A DNA stretch of 61,684 nucleotides, counting the filler, from Pirum gemmata (taxonomy: Eukaryota), in the NCBI GenBank assembly GCA_002812295.1. It is 9 parts of 9 records of this genome, joined end to end, with 100 filler letters (N's around TTAATTAATTAA, not from the genome) between each part and the next. Parts side by side here need not be neighbours in the genome. Positions count along the whole stretch, not along the records: positions 6,849 to 13,854 come from PDIN01000227.1; positions 13,955 to 20,717 come from PDIN01000228.1; positions 20,818 to 27,535 come from PDIN01000229.1; 6 more parts are not named here. One strand, written 5' to 3'. The position numbers and the translations under genes are program-made. Each line of letters starts with the position of its first letter. Positions within the stretch are counted from its first letter, which is position 1. Below, in pieces: positions 11,768 to 23,785 of this stretch. Under the pieces are notes generated by a model. The model was not told the DNA's origin, searched no databases, and was given only the letters and a program-made list of their open reading frames with translations.

Positions 11768-12310
11768 GTAATAGTAGTATGACAATAACAGTAATACTAA
11801 TGGTGATAATATAGTAATAGTAATTAATAACAGTAATTATTATATTAATTAATAGACATTAATAGTAATAGTAATAGTAATATTGATATATAGCAATAGA
11901 ACTTATAAGTAATAGTAATAGTAGTATGACAATAACAGTAATAGTAATTAATAACAGTAATTATATTAATTAATAGACATTAATAGTAATAGTAATAGTA
12001 ATATTGATATATTATAGCAATAGAACTGTAGTAACAGTGAAAGTAAAAAGTAAATTTGATATTGATAGTTAGCAATAGTAATAGTTAAATTACTAGCTAG
12101 ACTATTAGTAATAGTAATAGAGCTGTTATAGTAATAACTATAGTAATTAATAGTAATATAGTAATAGACTAGTAAGTACTGTAATAGTTCGAATGGTATC
12201 ATAATAGTAATAATAGTAATAATAGTAAATTAATATTAATAATAGTATAATAATAATAGTAATAGTAATGGTAATAGTAATAATGGTAATAGTAATAATA
12301 GTAATAGAAC
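11690..12310. repeat. AAT/AGT low-complexity microsatellite region
   Basis: (AAT)n and (AATAGT)n. Confidence 0.8.
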
Positions 12311-12333
12311 TATTCAATAATTAAGTTTGTACG

Positions 12334-12977
12334 ATTAAGTAAATAATAATGCTAAGTGCGAAGCATACATAAATAAGTGTAAAATAACAGTATCTATGTT
12401 AAGTGTGTAACATAGGCTGTAAATGAAATTAAGTAAATAATATACCAAGTGTGAAGCATATATAAATAAGTGTAAAATAACAGTATCTATGTCAAGTGTG
12501 TAACATAATATTATGCTGTAAATTAAATTAACTAAATAATGTGATAATTATTGTGAAGCATATTATATAAATAAGTGTATTAATAACTGGCCGCCTAGTG
12601 AAGGTCATAGACTCAAAGAAAGTCAAGAGATAAATAATAAGTATACTTAAGTATTAATATAAACTGAAAGTATAAATTAAATGTATGAACTGAATGTATG
12701 AATTGAATTGAATGTATTAATGTTGGTTGTAGTAGAATTGTATGGTTGTAGTTGTCGTATTAATAGTTTGAGTTGTGGTATTGAATGTTGACAGTGTGGT
12801 TGTATTGATAGTATTTTAATAACAATAGTTAGTGTTGTAGTATTGAATGTTGACAGTGTTGTAATAGAGCAGTAGTAGTATCGATTAATTGTGTTGTAGT
12901 ATATTAAATGTAGAATAGATTGAGAATATAGATTGGTTTAATGATTGTAAGAAATAATGAATAATTGAATATAGATT
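12334..12977 (+). repeat. Dispersed repeat with internal ~80-bp tandem units (second copy 55261-55901)
   Basis: Shares AAATAAGTGTAAAATAACAGTATCTATGTCAAGTG units and GCCTAGTGAAGGTCATAGACTCAAAGAAAGTCAAGAG with the other copy. Confidence 0.85.
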
Positions 12978-13585
12978 CGAATTCATTTCGAAATATTTTG
13001 ATATCCAGAATTATTCAGCTCATTAAAAGCTGCTGCATAACACTTTTATTTTTTCGATACCATGTCTGGGTGTCGAGATATGGACGACCAAAAATAGGTC
13101 AGTTAATGTTATGTATAGATTGCCCCCCACCATAACATAATAAATACCTTAATGGATAATAATATCACCATTGATTTAACTAATGACAGTGATAGTGATA
13201 CAACTGATAATAGTAATAATAATTCTTTAAATAATTGGTGATATTATGAGAACATCAACAAGACCAAACCCGTTCCCGTTGTATTGCCGAAAATTTTATT
13301 CGGAGAAAAACAAATTATTTTCGGTACATTGCCCGGATTGTAACGTTAAACTTCATAATCTAATACATGTAAGGGGGTCTTATGAAATGAGCACTCATAA
13401 GTTCAAGAAAATAACTAGTCAAATTATTTTTAAAAAATAGCAATTGGTTCATAATAGAGTTTTATTACTTAGAAAATTTCCCAACATTTGGTAGTACTTA
13501 CTTTTATTAAAATTTGGATCATTTTGAATTTTTTTGGATTTTTGAGCCATATCGTCGGCGGATGACACATTGTGGCCATTTTTAT

Positions 13586-13817
13586 AGTAGGGGTGAGGTA
13601 TCTACTGGAACTTTTTTCGAACAGATGCTTATCAAGCCAACCTTAGTTCCGTTTTTCTTACTGATAATACCAGTTAAATAGCTTAAAATAGTAAATTTAA
13701 TTATAGCAGATACCAATTTAAGTAACAATTTTAACATTAATAGTAATAAAACCATAAAATCGGAAAAGTTCTGGCAGCTGTTCGGTAATAATAAAATGAC
13801 GTCATCTCACCCCTACT
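13586..13817. mobile_element. MITE family B (232 bp, 8-bp TSD, hAT-like)
   Basis: TIR AGTAGGGGTGAG/CTCACCCCTACT; flanked by ATTTTTAT on both sides. Confidence 0.9.
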
Positions 13818-13854
13818 ATTTTTATCCAGTTTGGCTTGGTAAGGATTCTAAGGA

Positions 13855-13954
13855 NNNNNNNNNNNNNNNNNNNNNNNNNNNNNNNNNNNNNNNNNNNNTT
13901 AATTAATTAANNNNNNNNNNNNNNNNNNNNNNNNNNNNNNNNNNNNNNNNNNNN
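13855..13954. other. Artificial contig-joining spacer
   Basis: N44-TTAATTAATTAA-N44. Confidence 0.97.
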
Positions 13955-14802
13955 ATTATTATTATTATTATTATTATTATACGGAAAAAAACAATAATTT
14001 TGTCCAAAGAAAAAACACTATCTATATATAGATTTGAATCATATGATTTGAAGAAAACCTGAATGACTCTAAAAAAAAATTAAAAATTTAAAAAATTAAA
14101 ATGCAATATACATAATATATAGGGATATATTTCCAAATTATTACCGGTACTGTTACCCGCAGTTTCACCATGCAACTGCACGCGACATGTTGCTTGGACA
14201 TGGCCTAACTTGTTACATCGAAAACATATTATTATTATTTGAAATTTGCACAATAAATTAGGCTATTTTTCCAGGGAAAATACTCTCTGCTAGCTAGACT
14301 TCTGCGAATCCTGCCCCTAAAACTCGACTTTCTGTTCGAAATTAATATTTTCGAGGTTAATAATAAATACATAGGTGCGAACATTTCGAGCTTATATTTT
14401 TATAGTGGTGTGTCATTGAATGAATCTCCTTTTTTTTTTTTTTTTCAAAAAATTAATTTTTGATCGAGTTAAAGAGGAAAAACACCTTTCTGCCAAATTC
14501 TGCCCGGGCAGAATTCGGGGGAGTCTACTCTCTGCTAACCAAACCATGTTAGCCATAGATATGATCTTTTTTTCTTTCTTTTATGATTATGATTATTATT
14601 ATTATTATTATTAATAGTATTATTATTATTATTGTTATTATTATCGTGGCCCATGGCAAACTATGGTATAAAAACAAAAAAAATGAAACTTTAATTAAAC
14701 AAAAAAAACGAAACTTTATACCATACGATAAAAAACATTTTACTTCATTATTTTTATTTTATCTTTTAAATTTTCAAAATAACGTACGTGTAACCTCTCA
14801 AA

Positions 14803-15308
14803 ATGGGAATTGCAGAGGCAATTGAAGTAATACCTCAAACCTCTCGTAATTATTTACGAGGAGATGAATATCGCGAAGTTAGAAAAGGTCTGAATGTTGT
14901 CGTTTATTGTAAGAATTCCTCCTGTGTAACCACAGGCCATTATTCTATTACTAATTTGGGATACGATTACGAAATAAATATAAAAAGCCCCAGTTTTCGT
15001 TGCAAGTATTGTCTCAAGTGAAACCCATTAACGTTTATAATCTTTATAAAGATAATATTCTTCCTTACCAAGAATTATGTGCAAACGAACATGTAAAGTT
15101 TTTTTCCGATGATATATTTTATAAACTAAACGTAATAATTAATATCCCCGAACTCTACAAACGGCTTCCTGATGATGACAAGAAAATCGTCTTTCAATGG
15201 TTTCAACATTTTGGATCTTTTATTATGGAATTAGTGACACTAGTTCCTTTGACTAAACAATCTAAATTATCCAACGCTGGGCATGTTTTTGTTCCACGGG
15301 ATAAATAG
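14803..15308 (+). pseudogene. Frameshifted Cys-rich (putative Zn-binding) gene; ORFs 14803..15021 and 15000..15308 likely one CDS
   Basis: YREVRKGLNVVVYCKNSSC...NLGY...RCKYC continues plausibly as QVKPINVY in another frame after ~15012. Confidence 0.5.
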
Positions 15309-16042
15309 TTTAAATCGGAAATTACTTTATTGACAGCAGATGTTCCTCGTAATCCACAATCTAATGGATCAAGTGGGGGACATAATTTTCCTGTTCCTCT
15401 TGAATAATTGGGATCCCCTGTACTACCATTACACGTTTCTCCTGCTTTTAAATTATTGGCAACGAAATTTTCTTGTGCACCACGTTCATATTGATAGAAT
15501 CCTGAAAAATCACTGAAATGTTTAATATCATTCCGATTTTCACAAGGTGCAGTATTTGTGAAAAGACAATCTCGTTTATCATTTGGTGGTAATGTTCGGT
15601 ACGATGAACCCAAGGTTATATATGGTTCATGTTTATTGATTATAAAAGTAAAATCGGCTTCATTATTAATAGGTACGTCAAGTGCGAGATAAATACCGTT
15701 TAAATCTCCACTAGACCTACTAGACGATGTTCTAAAACTTGTACGCCTCGCAACATCAAAACCTGTTTTTGTTATGTTTAACGCTTCTAATTTATAAGAA
15801 AAATCGTTTCCGTTGAAATTTGTCCATGATACACCAATAAAAACAAACGGAATATTTTTAAAAGGTCTAGCAAAGACTACTGGAGCATTTACGTTACCAG
15901 CTAATCCACCTTGTATTGGAACATTAGGATCATCAGCAATAAGAGCCCTTGCTACTCTTACGTAATTGTATTGTGTATGACTACCAGTTACATCATAATA
16001 TACATCGTAATCATTATTTGGATGATGGTTCACAACTTTATG
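15203..16042 (-). CDS. Terminal exon of an H-type-lectin-like protein with a C-terminal Cys repeat
   Basis: [16 protein letters not shown]...[13 protein letters not shown] matches the H-type lectin pattern; phase-0 acceptor TTTTTACTAG|CAT at 16043/16042. Confidence 0.7.
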   Translation of the reverse strand, partial: HKVVNHHPNNDYDVYYDVTGSHTQYNYVRVARALIADDPNVPIQGGLAGNVNAPVVFARPFKNIPFVFIGVSWTNFNGNDFSYKLEALNITKTGFDVARRTSFRTSSSRSSGDLNGIYLALDVPINNEADFTFIINKHEPYITLGSSYRTLPPNDKRDCLFTNTAPCENRNDIKHFSDFSGFYQYERGAQENFVANNLKAGETCNGSTGDPNYSRGTGKLCPPLDPLDCGLRGTSAVNKVISDLNYLSRGTKTCPALDNLDCLVKGTSVTNSIIKDPKC

Positions 16043-16070
16043 CTAGTAAAAATTCCTATACTTTAATTTT

Positions 16071-16642
16071 TAACCTAACCTTAACCATAACCAATAACTT
16101 TAACCCTAACCTTAAAACCCTAACCTTAACCCTAATTTATAACCTTAATTTAACCCTAATTTATAACCTTAACCCTAACCTTAACCCTAACCTTAACCCT
16201 AACCTTAACCCTAACCTTAACCCTAACCTTAACCCTAACCTTAACCCTAACCTTAACCCTAACCTTAACCCNNNNNNNNNNNNNNNNNNNNNNNNNNNNN
16301 NNNNNNNNNNNNNNNNNNNNNNNNNNNNNNNNNNNNNNNNNNNNNNNNNNNNNNNNNNNNNNNNNNNNNNCCCTAACCTTAACCCTAACCTTAACCCTAA
16401 CCTTAACCCTAACCTTAACCCTAACCTTAACCTAACCTTAACCTTAACAGTCCTTAACCCTAACCTTAACCCTAACCTTAACCCTAACCTTAACCCTTAC
16501 CTTAACCCTAACCTTAACCCTAACCTTAACCTTAACCTTAACCTTAACCTTAACCCTAACCTTAACCCTAGCTTAATTATAATCTTAATTAACCCTAACC
16601 CTATAGCTATATATATATAGCAGCAAATTATAACCCTAACCC
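16071..16642 (-). repeat. Telomere-variant array (AACCCTAACCTT)n containing an N gap
   Basis: Strict alternation of CCCTAA and CCTTAA. Confidence 0.9.
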
Positions 16643-16767
16643 AAATTTAAATTATTATCGTTGATATTTTTTAATATATTATATTATTATTGTTTGAAAT
16701 TTTTCCACATTTCGTCATGATCCGTTGGGTAACACATATACTCTTCATTTGTAACAAACTCACTTAC

Positions 16768-16971
16768 TCTGTCTTGGAAAATAATAGATTGATGTCCAAA
16801 TGATGGTATACTATTTAATTCTGGCAATCTTTCTTTTTCTTGTTGTTTTTCAGATTGTTGTGATTGTACATGTGGTTGTACATGTTTTTGTACTTGTTCT
16901 TTTTGTGATTGCTGTTGTGGTTGGAGTACTAGTTGAGCTAATTCCTCGGTACTGCCACTAATTAAACCCAT
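16768..16971 (-). CDS. Q-rich putative first exon of the lectin gene (alternatively a stand-alone ORF ending at 16687)
   Basis: ATG at 16971; phase-0 GTAAGT donor at 16767 is compatible with the acceptor at 16043. Confidence 0.5.
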
Positions 16972-18160
16972 ATTTGCTATTTATTGTTTTGTTTTATTAT
17001 TTATATACAATTATATATAATTTTTTATCAAGTATTTTAATATTGCAATTTTTATTATTATTATTTTTGCTTTTTTTTTTTTATTAGAAATTTTTTTCAT
17101 CACACAGTCTTTTTATAATAAAATAATAATAAAAATAATCAATTATTTATAAAAATTAATTTTAGTAAGTTGACTATTAAAATCAATAATTATTATTATG
17201 ATATTATTATTATGATAATATTATTATCATACATAAAAAAAACTATATGGCATAAAATAAATAAAAATAATTTAATTGTAGAAGTTCCCAACTCAGGATC
17301 CCAACTGAAGGATCCCAGCTTATTTTGGGAATAATCTAATTCTATTTCAGGATTTTGTTTGGGGGACTACCTTGGGGAATAACAAAATTATTATTAAAAA
17401 AAAAATAATAACATTTTTATTTTTATATTGTAATAATCATTATAATAGGTACTGATTATAATAAATAGCTTAATTAAAGACTTATAATATTAGTTATATT
17501 TATAATTAATACTACTATGTCTTGGTTAGGATTGGTAAGGGTTAGTTAGGGAATTGAAGTAGAGTCACAAATTCACAATAGTACATGTACATATACAACA
17601 TGCATATTATTATATGATAACATAAAATAATAATTATCAATATTTATTATAATTAATTATATAATAATAATCAATATTATTATTCACATTAATATATTAT
17701 ACTACCAATTAATATGTATACGCATACGTACGTATCTTTAATTTGGTACAGTTTAAGATAAAATACAATATTATTAATAACGTTTTAAGTATAAAATACA
17801 GTTAAAAAATACCAGATTAATTAAAACATGTCTGACAACCATAATAACCATTTAAATTTATTTCAGATTTTGAATTGGACAACGTTAACGTTAATTAACA
17901 CTACGTATACATTGAAAGACCCGATTCATTGAGATTAAAAAGCCCGCATCAAGATTCATATTAATATATATTAATATATTTATAACAATTAATTATAATA
18001 TTATATATTAATATTATTATAATTATACGTATATAATTATTATGGTTGTGTGATTATTATCGATATTGCTTTGGTTTGAATTGGAAAATCAATATAAATA
18101 AACGGATAAACAATATGAAAATTAAATAAAATACAAAGTGTTTTGTAGTTACTGTAGTAA

Positions 18161-18334
18161 GTGTTTCAGTTATTTTGTCGTCATAAAATATACAATAAAT
18201 AGCACCAAATTAGTACAATATAAAACGATTTAATTAGGTATATTTTATTATATATTTATTGATTTAAAAATGTCAATTTAAAGATTATAACCCTCCAAAT
18301 GGATATTCCGAGTGACAAAATAAATGAAAAGCAC
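18161..18334. mobile_element. MITE family A copy
   Basis: Ends in TGACAAAATAAATGAAAAGCAC; family A internal sequence. Confidence 0.8.
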
Positions 18335-18351
18335 CTCGTCCGATATTATCA

Positions 18352-18505
18352 GGGAGCGTTCAAATACTACCTACGTAACGCCAATTTCCGGTCAAATACA
18401 GCTTCAAATACCCCTACCTACCTACCCCTTGACTTTATCATTATTTCTGGTCAAGTATCGGCTACCTACCTACCCCTTGACGTGACGTATTATTTGAACG
18501 CTCCC
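18352..18505. mobile_element. MITE family C (~150 bp, PIF/Harbinger-like)
   Basis: TIR GGGAGCGTTCAAATA/TATTTGAACGCTCCC; flanks TCA/TTA; internal CTACCTACCTACCCCT repeats. Confidence 0.85.
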
Positions 18506-18784
18506 TTACCTCTACTAGTCTACTATTTTTTACCTCGTCATACTACTAAAGACAGTAGCTAGACCTAGACTAAAATAAAATAAAGTCTGGAACAAGAATT
18601 TTTTTTTTTCTGGGGTTCTTTCAAGAAAAATAACTTTAGAATAGACTAATATAAAAAAGTGCTGCTCTGCAACTTGCTCTACTCTTGCTCTGCTGTCTTT
18701 GTACATTTGGTGCAACTTTGGCTGGGGGTCTGGCAGTGGTCTGGCCCAGTGGTTGGGGTTCTTTCTTATCTAGCTAGTAATTTA

Positions 18785-19107
18785 AATAGTATCAAATTAA
18801 TATAATATAAATCCATTTAATTTAATTTGGTACATTTTATAATCTATACATTTATTTAAAATTGTCAATTTAAAAATTAAAACCCTCCAAATAAATAAAT
18901 ATTTAGAGAATGACAAAATAAATGAAAAGCATAGACTAGTTTTTGGGTTTTTGGGTTTGGTTTCTTTCTTAGCTAGCTAGTATATAGTACCAAATTATTA
19001 TAATATAAATCCATTTAATTTAATTTGGTATAATTTATAATCTATATATTTATTTAAAATTTGTCAATTAAAATATCAAAACCCTCCAAATAAATAAATA
19101 TTTAGAG
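18785..19107. mobile_element. Two tandem partial MITE A copies
   Basis: Repeated CAAATTAATATAATATAAATCCATTTAATTTAATTTGGTA...CCCTCCAAATAAATA. Confidence 0.7.
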
Positions 19108-19923
19108 TAGTCTACTTTTTCTCTGCTATTAAAAAAGGCTGTCAGAGCCTCAGAGACACACGGTTTTTGGGTTGTCAACGATTTCAATCTACCGTTTCAA
19201 TCAAGAGATTGATCGATATAATCTATTATTATCGATAAAAAATTAAATTGATCAGTTCGGTTTTCAATAAAAGTAATCGTTGGATTTATAACTAAAATAG
19301 CAAATAAATAATAGTTTCGAGTTTATCGGAGGGGGTTTTTTTTTTTGTTTTGTTTTTTTCTTTTCTCGATTTGTTTTTTTTCTGTTTTCTTTTTTCGGCT
19401 TTCGTATTTTCGGTTTGTTTTTTTTCCACGTCAGTTCCAAGATCCAAGGTTTAAACCAATCACCTTATTAACCTAAAAATAAATTTTTCTCGGAATTTTT
19501 TTTTTTAAAATTTTTTTTTCCTAGATTTTTTTCCTCAACTAGTAGAGTGCTGGTAGAGTGCTGGTAGAGAGTCTTCATAGTGTCTTCATTGTTGTATTAT
19601 TACTGTTGTATTATATCGTAAAACTTATTATTGTTATTGTGTTGATGTTGGGTTATTGTTGTTTGTGTTGTTGTGTAAAGTGGGATTTTAATTGTAGTTA
19701 TGATGTGATTGATTAGTGAGTGATTGGTAGTTATTGAGAAAGCAATGTGACCAGCATGATTTGTTGTGATTGTTACTTGTGTTGCATTAGAAAATATGTT
19801 GAAATTTTTTAAGGTTGAAGTAACTTATCTGGTATAAAGGTGTTGGCCATGGAATATTGAGATTTTGCTAACATTAATTAAGGCTAATAAGGGTAGAGCT
19901 TCACTTTTTGGTTGTTTCTATTC

Positions 19924-19961
<38 letters not shown>

Positions 19962-19992
19962 TAATAATTTTTCTTTCTATAGCTTGTTGTAG

Positions 19993-20300
19993 TAACCCTA
20001 ACCCTAACCCTAACCCTAACCCTAACCCTAACCCTAACCCTAACCCTAACCCTAACCCTGAATCCCTGAAAGTTTCCTATAGCTGTCTTGACTTGGGTTA
20101 GGGTTAGTTAGGGGTTGGGTATTCCAAGGACTTCAAATCCTTGGTTATTCTAAAGACTTAGGTGTCAGGGGTAGGGGTTAGGGGTAGGGGCCCAAGGTTA
20201 GGGGTGGGGTCAAGGTTAGGGGTAGGGGTCAAGGTTAGGGGTAGGGTTCAAGGTTAGGGGTAGGGGTCAAGGTTAAGGGTAGGGGTCAAGGTTAGGGGTT
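19993..20300. repeat. (CCCTAA)n followed by opposite-strand G-rich 19-mer GGTTAGGGGTAGGGGTCAA repeats
   Basis: Direct reading. Confidence 0.85.
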
Positions 20301-20684
20301 CACATTTTAATATTAACTCACAAAGGTCTATCATGTTTGCACACACAGTGACACACTACTACCCACTACCACTGTCTACCAGTTTGAACACACTAACTAG
20401 ATAGAGACTAAATCTACTTTTTGATGTCAGTATTTTTTCTAAAAAAAAACTCGAGCTTGAATTTGAATCGGAATCCATTTTCTCTCCAAAAAATAACAAA
20501 ATCTATACAAAATCCCGAAATCGAAGTTAAGCTTGAAACGTTATCGATACTATAAATTGGTTCGGGCTTTTTTTAAAAAAAAAAATAGTCAATGCCATAT
20601 ATAGAAAAAAGCTAGCTTATCATCATTGAAAAAAAATTTTAAAATATAAATTCTTATCAGTGTCAGTTCAGTGTCATATCAGAT

Positions 20685-20717
<33 letters not shown>

Positions 20718-20817
20718 NNNNNNNNNNNNNNNNNNNNNNNNNNNNNNNNNNNNNNNNNNNNTTAATTAATTAANNNNNNNNNNNNNNNNNNNNNNNNNNN
20801 NNNNNNNNNNNNNNNNN
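20718..20817. other. Artificial contig-joining spacer
   Basis: N44-TTAATTAATTAA-N44. Confidence 0.97.
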
Positions 20818-21296
20818 ATAAAACAACTATATATATAGTACATGACTTAATCTTTATACTTACAATGATCATAATCTTCATAGAGAAACAACAATATCTC
20901 CACTGCTATTGTGTAAGAAGATTATTATGATAAGACAACTATATATAATATATAGTATATAACTTACTCTTTATACTTACAATAATCATAATCTTCATAG
21001 AGAAACAACAATATCTCCACTGCTATTGTGTAAGATGATTATTATGATAATAAGACAACTATATATAGTACATAACTTACTCTTTATACTTACAATAATC
21101 ATAATCTTCATAGAGAAACAACACTATCTCCACTGCTATTGTGTAAGATGATTATTATGATAAGACAACTGTATATAGTACTAGTAAATGACTTAATCTT
21201 TATACTTACAATAATCATAATCTTCATAACAGAAACAACAATATCTCCACTGCTATTGTGTAAGATGATTATTATGATAAAACAACTATATATATA
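20818..21296. repeat. Tandem satellite, ~117-bp unit, about 4 copies
   Basis: Repeated CTTTATACTTACAAT...GAAACAACAATATCTCCACTGCTATTGTGTAAG. Confidence 0.9.
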
Positions 21297-22023
21297 CATA
21301 AATTATGAACCAGTTCATTACTTAGCCATCTCCAATCCTCAAGTATCAAATGTTCATATATTGAAAAGGTTTACTTGTTTGCAAGAAATAGTTTACGAAA
21401 TGATTTTTGCGATACCGTAGAAATAGTTAGCATAATCAATACCCTCCCAAATCTTAAGAAGCTATCAATTTTCATTCCTGATTTTGATTATTAATACCAA
21501 ATTTTAACTCATTTGCAGAATCCCGAGAATTACGTTTACTTGTCGTTTTCCTTTTCAACTTACACAATAAGCTTTGATTTTTAAATTTATATAATATTAA
21601 TACATGACTTAATCTTTATATTTAATTATACTTACAATAATCATAAAAAATATTTTAAAAAGAGTGTGTTGATGATTTGTGAGGCTATACATGCGTCATA
21701 TTTTTAAATTTATTTTTAAAAAAAATATTTTATGATGTCATCAAATTGTTAACAGAATCTAAATATAAGAATATTAGCTTAAAATAGTATGAATTTTACT
21801 TAATTTGAAATTCTTTTAACTAATCAGATAACTGTTTGATATCATTTTTGAAACTGAGATTTTTGAAAATTCGAAAATAATATTTAGATAAGCTCATTCT
21901 AATTATTTTTTTTAGGGTTATGGATGTAATGACGTTATCTGATGATGTAACGTCTTTTATAATATGGGTCTTTCAGCCCTTTGATACCTTTGATATGGTC
22001 TATAATTATCGTCTATTTTATTA

Positions 22024-22210
22024 CAGTTGTCCTTTCAATCTTTAATTTGGCAATGTATAATTGAACTTATTAATAAAATACAATATTAAAAGTATAAAAT
22101 ACTGAATTAAATAAAACATGTCTGATAGTTTAACTTTTATACTTAATGTTGTATTTTATAAACAATTATACAGTTAAACAGTAACAAGTTAAAGATTGAG
22201 AGTACATCTG
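22024..22210. mobile_element. TA-flanked MITE, family D (Tc1/mariner-like)
   Basis: TA|CAGTTGTCCTTTCAATCTTTAA...TTAAAGATTGAGAGTACATCTG|TA; related segments near 17740-17885, 28218-28385, 30825-30985, 32860-32940 and 48550-48713. Confidence 0.65.
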
Positions 22211-22339
22211 TAATGAGATAGAGAATTCTAATTATTTAATTTGTTACCTAGTTTTATCGTTTTCTTTAACTCTATCTTTGTTGTTGCATTTGCAATTGAT
22301 TTTATAATATTGTACATGTTCTTTTATATAAAAAAAATT

Positions 22340-22612
22340 AGTTGTTGTTGCTGTTCTTGTTCTTGTTCTTGTTCTTGTTGTTCTTGTTCTTGTGCGTTCT
22401 TGTTCTTGTTCTTGTGCGTTCTTGTTCTTGTTCTTGTTCTTGTTCGTGTTCTTGTTCTTGCTCTTGCTCTTGTTCTTGTTCTTGTTCTTGTTCTTGTTCT
22501 TGTTCTTGTTCTTGTTGTTCTTGTTCTTGTTGCTCTTGTTCTTGTTCTTGTTGTTCTTGTTCTTGTTCTTGTTCTTGTTCTTGTTCTTGATTTGTTCTTG
22601 TTCTTGTTCTTG
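22340..22612. repeat. (GTTCTT)n microsatellite
   Basis: Direct reading; explains the spurious ORFs here. Confidence 0.95.
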
Positions 22613-22767
22613 TGGAGTTTTTAGTCTGTTTTTTGGTGCTGTTTTAAGGCATTGTATTGATTTGATATGTTAAAATGTTGTTTATATGGAACATATTGTT
22701 TATTTTAGTTTTTTGTTTTTTGTGTGTTATATATAATTGTCAGTGTAAGTTGTTGATTGTAAGCGAA

Positions 22768-23035
22768 ACCCTAACTAACCCCTAATCCTAACCAAACCCT
22801 AACCCTAACCCTAACCAAACCCTGACCTTAACCCTAACCCTAACCCTAACCCTAGGCCTAACTAACACTAACCCTAAAACTAACACTAGTACTAGTACTA
22901 ATATAACACTAACACTAGTACTAATTACATATAACTTTATAAAGTTAACCCTGACCCTAACCCTAACCCAGGCCCTAACCCTAGCCTTATTAATTATAAT
23001 CTTAAAACCCTAACCCTAACCTTAACCCTCCCTAA
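22768..23035 (-). repeat. Degenerate (CCCTAA)n
   Basis: Direct reading. Confidence 0.8.
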
Positions 23036-23554
23036 TGTTAAATTAACCTTAATTATTTATATTATAGCTCTAACAGTCTCTAACGTTAACCCTACATATA
23101 ATTATACATATTAATTTGGCATGCTTATAATATTGTATTACATAATATATTATAAAATTATATTATTATTATTATTATTAATATATTGGGTTTATCTTAA
23201 AAAGTTCAATTATCAAATTTAATTAAAGCACCTAATAAAAATTTGAATTGACTTCATGTATGACATTAATGCCCCCAATAAAAAGCTAAAAACAAAGCAA
23301 ACAATATAATTATATAAAAAATTAAAATAACATTAAATTTTTTTAAAAAACCAAAATACCAGTAGCAACTCAGTAACATTAATTTTTTATTTATTATTAA
23401 TCATTAAAAAAAAAAAAAAAAAAAAAAAAAATTGCTCAAATTTCAACGGTAACCACACATCCTGACTGGGCATTGAAATGTCTGAAGATGAAGCAAGTAA
23501 GTACAACAGCGTACACACAAGGAGAAACAGTTACTTATAAATATACAGCCACAC

Positions 23555-23785
23555 TGACCCTAACACTAACTCCAACTCTGGACCCTAACGCAAGACCCTA
23601 ACCTTAAAACCCTAACCCTAACTGTCACTTTAATTTATAACCCTCACCCTCACCCTAACCCTAATCCTAACCCTAATCTTAATTGTAATAACCCTAGCTT
23701 GAATTAACATACACTAACACTAATTACACTAACACTAACCCCTAACGCCTTAACCCCTAACGCCTAACCCCTAACGCCTAACCCC
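23555..23785 (-). repeat. Degenerate (CCCTAA)n
   Basis: Direct reading. Confidence 0.75.

Noticed and set aside
15949..16620. 223-aa PNLN-repeat ORF
   Set aside because: Translation of the telomere-variant array across an N gap.
22241..22673. Cys/Ser, Leu/Val and Phe/Leu ORFs
   Set aside because: (GTTCTT)n microsatellite open in several frames.
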